64,000 nucleotides of DNA from Felis catus (taxonomy: Eukaryota), in NCBI RefSeq assembly GCF_018350175.1, contig NC_058368.1, forward strand, positions 111,974,001 to 112,038,000, written 5' to 3'. How positions within the stretch are numbered: position 1 is the stretch's first letter; each line of letters starts with the position of its first letter. Positions 24,681-36,699 of the stretch are shown in pieces. A model generated the notes under the pieces. The model ran no database searches, was not told where the DNA came from, and was given only the letters and a program-made list of their open reading frames with translations. A program made the position numbers and the translations under genes.

Positions 24681-25724
24681 GCAGAGTGATCGAGCTAGGA
24701 TTTGAACCCAAACCTGGGTTCTCAGCCTGACCACACTGGGCTTCCTAGGAAGGCATGTAATGGGATCAGCAAGTTGGGGCTTCCAGGTGTTCAGGAGTCA
24801 CATCAAGTTGGGGCTGCAGGTGGCCTGGGGTGGGGCAGTAAACGTTGCCACTGAGGGAGAGGGATGGAAGCATCTGGGGGTGGAGGGGGCAGCTCAGGCT
24901 AATCCTGCACTGAAAGGGTTAATGGAGGTCTGTGGAAGACTTCCCACCCGGTGGTAACCACCTGAGCCCTCACAGGACTGATCGTCCACACCGCACACAG
25001 TAGAGCTCTGGGCTCAGAGTGAATCCCAAGACCAGCCTGGCTCACAGCACCCAGCAAGGCAGCCTGGGGTCCAAATGCAACATGAACAGAGCCGGCCACT
25101 CCCTGCAAGGCCAGGTCTTCCTTCTGGAGCCACGAGGTCACTGCAGCACTGTAGTGGCCTCCAGGGAGCCTTTCATCCCTCAACAAAGAGCACAGCCTTG
25201 GGGGTGAGGCCTGGGGGTTAAGCGCCCGTTTGGAAGATACACTGCTGGACATCTGAGGCCATGTCATTCATAGGACTGGTGGTGCTGCCTTACTCTCAGC
25301 TGAGCCTCAGATGCCCTCTAACTCCTGGGACCTGGGGACTGGACACCTCTTGGAGGCTGGGTGATGGTCAGCAGGCTCCACCCACTTGGACAGGGGGACA
25401 GTGGGCAGCCCATGAGGTCAGGCCTAGCACAGACAGCTTCAAGGTCCAAGGGGGACCCTCAGGTTCCCGTCTGAGTCACAGAGGTTTCCCGCAGCCAAGC
25501 CACCTTGTTCTAACTGCTCCGGCCGGTGCACCATGCAGAGGGACTCGCCAAAGTCCTTTCCAAGCTCTTCTTCCATTATTTTGCCCTGCACATGTGTGAC
25601 TTTTGGGACCAAACAAGCAGTGTGGAAGGGAAGAGTGTAAAAAGGTGAAGGGCCTGTTCTGACCTGTATGCCCACCGCCTAGAGGTAACCAGCACTCTGA
25701 GCCAGTTGAAGGCCACTTACTATC

Positions 25725-25875
25725 TCTTTAACTTTGGTCTATGTGCAAAGCTCTGTGTGCCTCAGTTTCCCCAGCTATAAAATAGGACAAATAACAGTAC
25801 CAATCCCACTGGAATGCTGTGAGAATAAAATGAGATAAAACACGTGGAGCTCTCAGAATAATGCATTTACTGAAC
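25725..25875 (+). mobile_element. MIR SINE
   Basis: GCCTCAGTTTCCCCAGCTATAAAATAGG...GTGAGAATAAAATGAGATAA. Confidence 0.8.
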
Positions 25876-26029
25876 ACACGCCAAATGCACATACATAAAA
25901 GGTAGGTTTAGCAACAAAGTGTTGTGCGTGCGACTTCCAGAAAATTTTATGTAAATTCAAACAAATGTGCGTGTAAATGTAACTGTACTTGCATATGCGT
26001 GTGCCTCCTTTAAAAAATCACAAACTTAT

Positions 26030-26241
26030 GGGGCGCCTGGGTGGCTCAGTCAGTTAGGTGTCCAACTTCGGCTCAGGTCATGATCTCACAGTTTGTGGGT
26101 TTGAGCCCCACGTCGGGCTCTGTGCTGACAGCTCAGAGCCTGGAGCCTGCTTTGGATTCTGTGTCTCCCTCTCTCTCTCTGCCCCTCCTCCCTGCTCCCA
26201 TTCTGTCTTTCAAAAATAAGTAAATGTTAAAAAATAAAAAT
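26030..26241 (+). mobile_element. Feliform CanSINE
   Basis: TSD AAAAATCACA(A/C)ACTTAT at 26013-26029 and 26242-26258. Confidence 0.96.
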
Positions 26242-27269
26242 AAAAATCACACACTTATTGGGAAATATCATGTACACTATTCTACACCTCATCTTTTTCA
26301 CTTAATGATATAGCATGCATGTCTTTCCATGTGGGCAAAGATAAGGTCCTTTGTGATGGCTACATAGTTCCATTATGAACAAATAGTTCCATTTACTTAA
26401 GTAAGTACTGCGATGAGTATTTAGATAGTGCCACATTTTTGCTATTAAAACAACACTGCCATATCCTCATTTACTGTAGTGATGAGTGCATTTTCATCTG
26501 CAAATGTTAGAAACCTAAGGTAAACTGGCGTCATTGAAGAATAATTCATTGGTTCATGTGGCATAAGTCTGGCTACAACTTCCATGTCCGTGCAATCATG
26601 CTCATATGATGGCTTTAGCGCTCTCTCTCTCTCTCTCTCTCTCTCATTTATTGGCTTTGCTCCTCTCTGTCTGGCTTTGTTCTCAGTCTCTCCACATGCA
26701 AAGGCAAGATGTACTCCAGGCTCACATCCTCCCAGTTAAGCCAAAAGGAGGGTGTTAATTTCTTGTTAATTCTGGCAAAGTCCTGGAAAGGAGTCTAATT
26801 GGCCTGACTTGAGTCACTTACACTTTCAACTTTGTAGTTGAAACTTTTCAACTGTACACATGACAGTAGACCTAGAACATATTTTATTAGAAGTGCAATG
26901 GTGGGTCAAAGGGAAGGCTGATTTGCAGCATATAGAATCTTCTCTGCCAATATTTGAGCATCACAGAAGCCCTTGGGTTCATGGCAGGGGAGGAGGTAAG
27001 GGAAGCTTTTGGCCAGTTTGTGGCAGGGAAAATGTAGGCATCTACCCAATGATAGCTCACAGTTCTCATGGTGCCCAAGTGGCTTCAAGAAGAAGACTCC
27101 TGGCCTGGCATTCAATCTTTCTTGGGCATCCCATCCACCACCAGCTGACTTCACCAGTCATGTCATATCACTCCCTGCTTTCTGACCACAACAGATCCCT
27201 CACTGTCCCCTGAACGTGATACCCTTGGGTCTTCTTTAACAAAATACAGCACAAAATTCAAGTGGTAAC

Positions 27270-27800
27270 ATTTTATTGGGAATTTTATTGGGAATTTATT
27301 GGGAATTGTTATTGGTAACAATTTATTGGGAAGCAGGAATAAGGGGAAAGGGAATGAGAGAGGCAAGGAGAGAAACAAATATAAGGGAGAGCTGGCCATT
27401 GTGTGGCTTCCAGCATAGCGGATTGCTGTCTGTGGACATCTTCAGAGGCTGTATGAGGTGACTGTAACTCCAAACAGTCCGGAGGAGGCAGAGAGAAAAC
27501 TTGATTGGCTTCTGTCTCTCGTTGGCCAAAGTTCACCTCCACAGGGTGCCGATTCCCCTGCCCTTCTAGGTTGTGCCACCTAGCCCTGCAGCAGTCACAG
27601 AGAAACCAGGTTCTGAGACAGCAGTGTTGGCCTCCAAGTGTGCCCCAGCATGTCCACCCACCTGTATAGCCTTCAGCTTCACAGGCCTGGGGAAATGAGC
27701 TGGTTGGTGTGCCTGTGTGGGAAGTCCCTTGGCAAACGGGATGGTCATGCTCTAAGTGACAGGAGGGACCAGAAACAGCTATTGGAACAATGCAAACTAG
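27270..27800 (-). mobile_element. Ancient ERVL-type LTR (LTR33-like)
   Basis: TTTATTGGG poly(A)-signal repeats, purine-rich segment, and TTGGCCAAAGTTCACCTCCACAGGG...TCCCCTGCCCTTCTAGGTTG resembling recalled LTR33. Confidence 0.5.
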
Positions 27801-28129
27801 AAAGCAAGGCCAGTGTGCAGATCTGACCTAGTACATACTTGAGTCTGGGACAGTTTGTGCATGCTACCGCGCTTAACACTTATCCTCCCTAGGCAAGTCT
27901 TTCATTCCAAATCTTTGTGTCTACTCAGCAAACAACGATTTGTTTCTCCATTGACTACTGAGTGCCTACAGTGCTCCCAGATGGAGGGGGCAGTGTTGAG
28001 TTAGATACACCCCTAGCCTCAGGCAGCTCACTCTCTAGGGGGCAGATCCACAAAAAGTGACTGTATCACAATAGGATGTTCTCAATACACCTGCCATTTA
28101 GAGAGGGCACCATGGAAAGATGCTCTTTG

Positions 28130-28523
28130 GAGTGACCCAAAGCAAGAGTTGCTTATACAGCCTAAAGGTTTATTTTTCTCTCTGGATTTTCTGTCCATGA
28201 CTAACATGACAGCTCTACTTCATGAAACCCTCATGAATCAGGTCCCTTCCATTCCTAGCCTGGGACCTACATCTCATCATCCAAGATGGTGGCAGTGTTG
28301 CGGGGGGCAAGATGGAGGAAGAGATGAAGAGGCAAAGGGCACAACTTCAGCTCTGTCCTAGAAAAGGCCCCTGATGGCTGCCACATGCCACTTTTGCTTA
28401 TATTCCATTGGCCAGAACTTAGCCACATGACTACATCTAGCTGTAATGGAGGCTGGGAAGTGTAGTTTTTCTCTTGACCATTTACCATGGGAGAAGAAAA
28501 GACAATCAGCCATCTCTCTGTCA
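28130..28523 (-). mobile_element. MaLR LTR (MLT1I/J/K-like)
   Basis: CTTATATTCCATTGGCCAGAACTTAGCCACATGACTACATCTAGCTGTAATGGAGGCTGGGAAGTGTAGTTTT; ends TGTCACA. Confidence 0.75.
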
Positions 28524-29167
28524 CAGACACAGGTGGTGGTGGCAGTAGGAATTAGGGGAGGTTCCTTGGGGGAGGTGGCCCTTAAGTATCTTAAGAGATG
28601 AACTGGAGCAGACTATTTGCAGAAGAGGGGAAGGACATTCCAGACAGAGGGGACCATGTGAGCAGAGCATAGGGTTGGCATATGGCAGCATGCCAATGTT
28701 ATGTGTGCACAGGGGTGTGTGTGTGCATAAATACATGTACCCGTGTTGACAGGGGTCAGCGTCCAGGGCTGATGCTGGAAAGACAGGCAAGCCTTAGGTG
28801 TGTGCCCTGTGCACCTCAAAAAGGGATTTGGCTTTATCTCCAAGTGTAGTGTATAGTCTAAACTATAGAACTGAACTGTAGGTCAGTTTCTAAACTGAAA
28901 TATTCCAGAAGTCAAATCTGTAAGAGAAGATGAAGCAGGAGAGGAAGTACGAGTAAAGGAGAGAGCCTCTTAGGCCTCTTAGCTGGGTGACCGGTGGATG
29001 GAGGAAGGCCAAGGTGCAGTAGGAAAGAGAAGAGGGGTTCCCTTTCTTGAGTTTGAGGAAGTTGGCCAGGAGTGAGGAGAGCAGGTGGGGTGGAGGAGTA
29101 TCCAAGGAACAGAGGGTCTAAAAGCTGGACAGAGAGAAGGCCAGAGACTGAGTTAAGGGTTGTAGTG

Positions 29168-29168
<1 letters not shown>

Positions 29169-29214
<46 letters not shown>
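29169..29214. repeat. (TG)n microsatellite
   Basis: Directly visible. Confidence 0.97.
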
Positions 29215-29215
<1 letters not shown>

Positions 29216-30344
29216 TTGCAGAAGGGGAAGGAGTAGTGGTGAAGGACGATCACATGTAGAGTGTGGCTATGAGAGGAGCAAAACTCAAGTGTCAAGAGGT
29301 GAAGGTGGCTGGTGGGCCTGGAGCATGAGCAGGTCTTTGGGGGTGAGGGCTGATTATCCCACCAGGTGTCAGGGTCTCCAGAGGGAAGACCACGTGGAAA
29401 AGAGGATGGAGCCTGGAAAATCACACTGCTCAAGAACTAGCCCCTCTCTTAGGGTGACTATTATCATGGTTGACATCCTTGTCGGTCAGCTGGGGTGAGG
29501 GATGTGTGTGTGGTATCCGGGGGCGTGGAGAGCCATTGCTTCTTGTGTTCATCCTCCTGGGTGGAGAAACACATCCCCGGGCCGATCAAGGAGAGGAGCC
29601 AGGCCCTCGCTAGGCCACAGTCAAGAACTGTGGGTCAAGGTGCCAGCGCCTGCGGTCCGGTGGGGTATGTATGGGTCGCTAGGAAACCAGGCAGGCCTCT
29701 GCCCGGCGGAAAGCTCCCTGTGTGGAGGGCCCAGCGCTGGGGCCTGTTCTCCCAGTGCCCCAGGGATAATAAGGACTTCAGAAAGGACAGCCCTGACTCA
29801 GGGCTGAAAGAGGCTTTAGTTCCTTGTTTGGCGGCTTAAAAAAGGCAAACAGAAGCTTTTCTCCTTTGGGGATCAATGTGAATCCCAGAAAATCCCATTA
29901 TTTCCCTTTGAGATCAGTGGCCTGCTCTTGAGGGCTTTCTCTTCCCCAAGGCAACAGCCCTCTCCTCGCTCTGTGTGAGCATCCTGCCCCTGCGTGGCCC
30001 CAGAATGGGTTGAGGTAAGGGATGGGGGTGGGGGACGAGGCACAGGTGAGCCCCACATTACAGCTGTTTCCTCCTGCTGACTACTTAAACCTTATTCCAG
30101 CCTGATCCCTCCCTGCCCCTATGAGCAGGGGAGGGGGGTGGGCCAGCAAAGCCACTAGCAACATGTGTTTCAATGTTCTCCTCTTCCAGGAAGCCATTTT
30201 TGACCCCAGGAGAGGCCCGAGAGGTCTTGCTTTTCTAGACTGCTATGTCATTCAGGGTCTGCATCTGGACTGTCACCTCCTATCATGGTTGTAGGGGGTG
30301 AGAAGCATATCATCATGGAAGGATGACCGTGATATCGATCGACG

Positions 30345-30475
30345 ACATTTATTGAGCCTTTACTCTGATGCATGGCCCTGGGCTCAGCTCCCTTAATGTG
30401 TCTGACCACCCCATGAGGAAGGTATTATTATTGTCCCCATTTACAGATAAGGAGACTAAGGTAGGAAGAGACCGA
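30345..30475 (-). mobile_element. MIR SINE, interrupted by the adjacent LTR
   Basis: ATTTATTGAGCCTTTACT...ATTGTCCCCATTTACAGATAAGGAGACTAAGG. Confidence 0.8.
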
Positions 30476-30835
30476 GTACATTAGTCAACTCAGGCTGCAG
30501 TAACGAAATACCACGGATGGGAGAAGTTAAACAATAGAAGTTTGGGAAGCTGGAGACCCAGGATCAGGGCTGTCATGGTCAGCTTCTGGCGAGAGCTCCC
30601 TTGCTGGCTTACAGATGGCCACCTTCTCAGTGTGTCACCCATCACGTCGCAGAGGGAGAGAGAGGTCCCTTTCCGTTCTTCTTTTTCTAAGGCTACCAAT
30701 CCTGTCGGATTAGCTTCCCACTCTTACGACCTCCTTTAACCTTAATTACCTCCGAAAAGCCCTATCTCCAAATACAGCCACCTTGGAAGTTAGCGCTTTA
30801 GCATAAGAATGGGGAGGGGCGTTCAGTCCAGAGCA
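30476..30835 (-). mobile_element. MaLR solo LTR (MLT1A-like)
   Basis: TTAGTCAACTCAGGCTGCAGTAACGAAATACCAC...CCTTAATTACCTCC...CCTATCTCCAAATACAGCCAC...TTCAGTCCAGAGCA. Confidence 0.8.
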
Positions 30836-33627
30836 CCCACAGGCCCATATGGTAAGGAGCAGACCCCTGGCTGATTCTGACGGAAGTGAGGAATCTATCC
30901 TGCACCTTTACGCTTTCTGGGAAGTTACTCCTATTCAGTCTTCTGTTCAGATGAAAACCTTCAGTCAAGCTTTTCTGAAAAGGCAATCTATGAAGCATGC
31001 CTGAGCTCTTACCCAACTTGGTCACCGAGTGCCAGCCACACATCCAGGACTTACCCAGGGGCCTCCTTTCCAAAGTTTTCATCCAAACCTGCCCGTCCTG
31101 GGTTCTTCCTAAGTGCCGAGCGCTGAGCCAAGGAACAGAGCAAGACTCACCACGTGGAGACGACACCCTGAGGGTTTGCCTGCTTGCTGTGTGCAGGCCC
31201 TGTGCCAAATGCTTTCCAAAGCTCCTGGCCTCGAGGAGAATCCTCACCATTTGACAGACACTGTCAGTCTCAGAAGGGGGTTCGGGAACCTGCCATGTGA
31301 GTGCAGAGCCAAGACGGGAATCAGGGACTCACCACTGTGATCCACTGAGGTCCTGGGCACAGCTAGGTGACATCTCCTGTGCAGCCTGGACATTTTTTTT
31401 TCCCTGGCTGGCTGCCCAAAGCTCAGTGGTGCTCCGGGAAGGGGTAGGTCTCTTTGAAGCGATTTCTAAATAGGTGAGATGTTGGTGACATGTCCTTTCC
31501 AGTCACATCACACGCTGGCGGGGTGTACAGTGAAGCCCCAAGCCTTTTCTGGAACCTGTGTTTGACTCAGACACTTGCACACAAAGGCACACAGACACAC
31601 AGTAGCTAGAAGGAGGTCTTTTGGAGATGTGCTCCAGTGAACAGGGAAGAAGGATCCTTCATTAGCATAACAAGAGTTTGCAAAGAAGTAGGTGCTCCAG
31701 AGAGCCCTTGAAAGCTATTTGTTCTTTGAAGTAGGCTAACATCCCCTCCAGCCTCAAGCTTTCCTGCAGGAGCCTGCTCTAGATAGGGCTGTGGGGTTTT
31801 CAACCCTGGATGCTTCCCCCAAGTCCCGAGAGCATTTGCACATCCCAGGCATGGTATTCGGCCCGGGGAATGTGGACAGAGGGGCCCTTGTGGGAGCCAG
31901 GAGCTGGGCCTAGCCCAGCTCTTCCCTCCTGCAGCAATTATCCTGCCAGGCGGCAACCCTGCTCCCTCCAGGGTTCCCTTCACTGAGGAAAGGCTGATCC
32001 GCTTAAAGGGGCTCTGTGCTTGCCAGGCCTTTTGGCCTCGCTGTCCCCCCAGGTGGCCTCTACACAGACTGATGCTGGATTTGTACTCACTCAGCCCGGG
32101 AGATGGAGTTGGGGCCAAGAGGGGACTGATGGCCAGAGATCAAAGGTTAAGAGGGGTTAAGCTTTCACCCCTGAAGGTCACCCATCAGCCATGAGACAAG
32201 TACCTCCAGGTATTTTCCTAAACCCTAGAGCAGAGGTAGGCTTGCAGGGAATGTCGATTCATTTACTAAGGAAATACACCATCTTCCTGGCTTGGACGCT
32301 CTCTTCCCCCAGTTTCTAATTACTGAACTGGTTCTGATTAGGGTAAGTTACTGTCTCTCTGGGCCTCTGTTTCCCCATCTTTCCAGTTAGGACCTTGGAT
32401 TTGATTGGTTACCAAAGGCAGATGGCTCATTGTCTTGGTCCATTTGAGCTCTGAAATATATTTCTGCTCTTGGGCAGTGAGAGGAGGTTAGGCTAGACAC
32501 GGTGGTTAACATGGAAGATGGCCAGCAAGCTGCAAGGTGTTTTTTCTGGAAACGTTGGGGATGAGGGCAGGCCCCGCTGGACTATAATGGAGCAGTGAGG
32601 GGGGATGAACCCCAAGCTGTGCATCAGCCTCTCGCATCTGCCCATCTAGATGGCTCTGATTCACAGGGGCTGGAGTCCAGCAGGCCCCACCAGTGGGGTG
32701 AGATCAAGGCTTGAGGGGGTTGATTTGTCCTGCCAACACAGCAGGGTCCTTCCAGAAGGGGCGGTGGGATATTCTTCCACCTGCTTGCCTCTGACCAGTC
32801 AGGTACAGCGCCAAGGGGAAACTGTCAGGATGGTGGCACCCACGCCCGCTGTGAAGCCCAGGGGTTCAGAGCTCTCGTGGAAGAGGCACACTGAGTGTTG
32901 TGGGTGGTATGATGGAGAAAGAAAGGGAGGGGAGACAAATTGCTCAGCTTGCCCTTCCCCCCTCAGGGGGCTTTCTGTTCTCATTCACAGGAGTGCTCAA
33001 ACCTCCCCTTCAGGGATCTGGGGCCAAGGCCACAGGCTCTTCCAGGACTGCCCTTTCCTGTCTTGGTGGGTCAGAGAGAGGCAGCTGGCCTAAGGAAAGG
33101 ACAGCAGATGTGGGCAGAGGAACAACCAGGGGCCCACTGGGGTTTCATAAGCACGGCCCTGGAGCCAGGAGGTAGGAGGATCAATTCAGGCTCCATCACT
33201 GGCTGTGAAATCTGGCAGGTCATCAACCTTTCTGTGCTTCTGGGTGGGCTTTCCATCTACAAAGCCAGGTGTTAAGGCAGTGTCACTTATTGAGCGCCAT
33301 GATGAGTGCTCGATAAATGACAAGGCAGGAACAATAACAAGGAGAAGAAAGGATTGGATACTCTGCTTGATGTTCGAAGTTCTTGGGGGAGTCTCTTTGC
33401 AGCCCAGGATGGCGAAGGGATGAAAGTCCCGTTGGTGGATGAGGATCGTTGACGTTTGTGGAGTGGCTGCTCCCACTGCAGATGCCCACCGCTTCTAGTT
33501 CCTACGGCATTTGTCCCTATCAGCAGCCCCATGGAGGGGTGCTCCTACTCTCCCCATTTTACAATGAGCCCTATACGGCTTCGGGGTGGAGCTGGTTTTA
33601 AGCCCATCTTGGATTCAGAGCCTGGGG

Positions 33628-34320
33628 TTTTTTAAAATGTATTTTTAAAAAATTTGCATCCAAGTTAGTTAGGATATAGTGCAGTCATGATTTCAGGAGT
33701 AGAATCCAGTGGTTCATCCCCTACATATTAGCACCCAGTGCTCATCCCAACAAATGTCCTCCGTGATGACCCTTGCCCGATTAACCCATTTCCCACCCAC
33801 AACCCTTCCTGCCACCCTCAGTTTGTTCTTGATATTTAAGAGTCTCTTATGTTTTATCCCCTTCTTGTTTTTATATTCTTTTTGCTTCCCCTCCCTTATG
33901 TTCATCTGTTTGGTACCTTAAATTCCACATATGAGTGAAGTCATAGGATATTTGTCTTTCTCTGACTGACTTATTTTGCTTAGCATAATACACTCTATTT
34001 CCATCCACGTAGTTGCAAATGGCAAGATGTCATTCTTTTCGATTGCCGAGTAATATTCCATTGTATATATATACCACGTCTTCTTTATCCATTCACCCAT
34101 CGATGGACATTTGGGCTCTTTCCATACTTCAGCTATTGCCGATAGCGCTGCTGTAAACATTGGGGTGCATGTGCCCTTTCGAAACAGCACACCTGCATAC
34201 CTTGGATAAATACCTAGTAGTGCAATTGCTGGGTCGTAGGGTAGTTCTATTTTTAATATTTTGAGGAACCTCCATACTGTTTTCCAGAGTGGCTGCACCA
34301 GTTTGCATTCCCACCAGCAG
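33628..34320 (-). mobile_element. Younger carnivore L1, 5'-truncated (~0.7 kb)
   Basis: Uninterrupted ORF2p C-terminus ([16 protein letters not shown]...YDPAIALLGIYP...MEYYSAIEKN...SLICGI*), carnivore-type 3' UTR, degenerate TSD TCAGAG(C/T)CTG(G/A)G...TTTTT at ~33615 and 34321. Confidence 0.93.
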
Positions 34321-35070
34321 TCAGAGTCTGAGTTTTTAAACAAAAGCTCCCCCAACTACTAGATGGGCCCCTACCACCTTCAGCTGCTTCAGAAAGTGGT
34401 TTGGGGTTGGGTAGAGAAGAAGAAAACAGAAGTCCCAGAGTCACCCTGGACTTGTGGGGGAGGGGACAGAGAAGGGAGCCCACTCTGCCTTCCCCCAGAG
34501 AAGGGGCATTGAGGCTTCTCTGGTCCTGGGCCTGGGGCAGGAGCCTAGAAGGGGTGTAGCTGCTCCATAGCTAGGCTTACCCTGGCCTTGGCCCCGGGCA
34601 TGATGCACCAAAAGAGTCAGAAGGCTGTGCCCCTACCACCTTATTGTGTCCTTCTATGAAGAAGGGTAGGAGGGGGTGAGGAAAGCCTGTATCCTCAGGA
34701 TAGAAAATAGGAGATGTGAGAACAGAAGAGTTTAAAGTCAAAGGAGATGTTGCTCTGATGGCCTGGTTCCTGGCTCCATCGGGCTGAGGACACAGAGAAG
34801 GTCCCTGAGACTCAGCAACTCAGCAAGGCCCAGGCACGGACCAGAGACAGTGGATCGAATGGCTGGACTGAGCAGCTTCCCCATTCTTCCCTCTCCCAGG
34901 GGGGCTCATCGCCCCCCTCCACAGCAGTGATGGATATGGCAGTGATGGAACAGATGGCCGTCCCCGGAGAGGCAAAAGGGAAGAGAAACCTCTGGCTCAT
35001 TGAAGGAGGAGGCTTAGGCTGGGAGCAAAGCTCACGGAGAGAGACAGTTCCCTCTATCGCATTTTTATCA

Positions 35071-35147
35071 CTGGGGACCTTGCCTCAGTGATCCCCCTAG
35101 AACAGGCTGGGGACCTTGCCTCAGTGATCCCCTAGAACAGGCTGGGG
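35071..35147. repeat. Local tandem duplication, 2 x 35-36 bp
   Basis: CTGGGGACCTTGCCTCAGTGATCCCC(C)TAGAACAGG at 35071-35106 and 35107-35141, followed by CTGGGG. Confidence 0.95.
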
Positions 35148-36277
35148 GCCCTAGTAAGGTGGCTGTGCCAGGACAGACAGGAAAAATGGTGCAGGTAAGA
35201 ACTGGGGTGGCAAAGCTGTCTCACCCTGGGCGACCTCAGACAAGCCCTCTGTCAGTGTGTGAAATGAAGCTAATGCCACCACCAGGCACATCAGGAACAT
35301 CAAGGCCCAGGAACATCAAAAGAGCCTCACTCAGGCCAGGGCTGGGCCTTTCTTGCCCATGCCTCTGCCCTCAGAGCTTTTCAGGAATCTCTTACTCCTA
35401 TTATGTGGATGCTGAGGCCCAGAAAAGGGAAGAGATTTTTTTTTTTTTTTTAATTTAGACGAGATTTTTCTTAGTGTTATTTTTGACCTCGGAAATATCT
35501 GAGGGCTCTAGGTGCTAAGTGAGGAGACTTAAGGAAGTGAATCAGGTTGGGTGATATATGTGTGTTGGGGTCGGGGGGTAGGTGCTCTTTTTCCCTTGGA
35601 GGATGTGATAACATAGGAAGAGGGACTAGATGACACTTGGTTTAGGTGAGACTGTAAGCTGCGGTAGTCCTAGACTTACAGCGTAAAAAAAAAAAAAAAA
35701 AAATCTCCAAGCGGCTCTAGCGAGTTACTGAAAAGCCGTTCCCTAGAGGCAGTGCTCCAAGGCCAGTGCCAGTCTCCCTCATCCCTCCAGGAGCCCACTG
35801 GTCTTCTCATACTTCAGAGTCAATCTGTGGGGAGGCCACTTCCCCCTGGAGCCCTGGATCCCGATACCCTGCAAACTAGCCCCTCTGTGCCCCTCCCCCT
35901 CCTACTGCCCCATTCTCTTAGTGGACAGACACTCAGAACTGGGAAAGACAGAGCCCCAGACAGAAACCACAGGCCCATCTCTGCGTGGCCTTTGACAGGG
36001 TGAGTGACCAGACAGGTCCTTTCTCTGCTTCCCATCTCAGGGTGTCTGGCTCACTGGGGGGGCCAGTCACTATGCCTGAGAGGATGAGGGTAAGGGTGAG
36101 GTGGGTGCAAGGCAGGGCCAGGAACCCCAATAAAGCAATCACAGAACATACACGAGGCACCTACCTGCTGGCTTTGGATTCTACCTGCCTGGCTCCCAGT
36201 TGAAGTTTACAAGGAAAATTTTAAACCTTTAAAAACTTCCTGAGCTGCACCCTACATCATATCAAGATATAAAAATA

Positions 36278-36478
36278 TGGGTGTCTGGGTGGCTCAGTCC
36301 GTTGAGCCTCAGACTCTTGATTTTGGCTCAGGTCATGATCTCATGGATGTGGGTTTGAGCTCGGGGTACAGCTCTCCTCTGGCAGCGTGGAGCCTGCTTG
36401 GGATTCTCACCATTATCTGTCTCTCTCAAAATAAAAAAATAAAAATAAAAAAATAATAAATTTTTTTAAAGTTAAAAA
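36278..36478 (+). mobile_element. CanSINE
   Basis: TSD AAGATATAAAAATA at 36264-36277 and 36479-36492. Confidence 0.95.
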
Positions 36479-36699
36479 AAGATATAAAAATACCCCCAGA
36501 TCCCATGTTAAATTTAATTTTTCTATGAGTATACAAGTTAGGTTGATTTACAGTTGACTAATTAACGATGTTATATATACAGACATTTAAATGTTTATTC
36601 ATTTCAATTTTGCTGGAGTTGGATTGTTTTGTTTTTCAGAGATAGTAATTTTTTTTTCAAGTTTCAAGCATTTCCTTAGGCCTGTGATAAAGCCCGAGG

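Noticed and set aside
26041..26223. Recurring ORF family MAQSV..TSAQVMIS...SGSVLTAQSLEPA (also at 3221, 43211, 48878, 51515, 53928, 58847, 61994)
   Set aside because: These are translations of CanSINE copies, not a paralogous protein family or array.
27271..27331. Short TTTATTGGGAA direct repeats, superficially array-like
   Set aside because: Tandem slippage copies without spacers at an old LTR end; not CRISPR-like.
28912..29498. 173-aa and 108-aa ORFs with HT/CV repeats
   Set aside because: They run through a (TG)n microsatellite and probable L2-derived sequence.
31606..32118. 170-aa ORF
   Set aside because: Non-ATG start, no recognisable domain and no exon structure.
33918..34355. 145-aa ORF with clear protein similarity
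   Set aside because: It is the C-terminus of L1 ORF2p in a 5'-truncated copy; the listed start is a TTG in flanking DNA, so it is not a gene.
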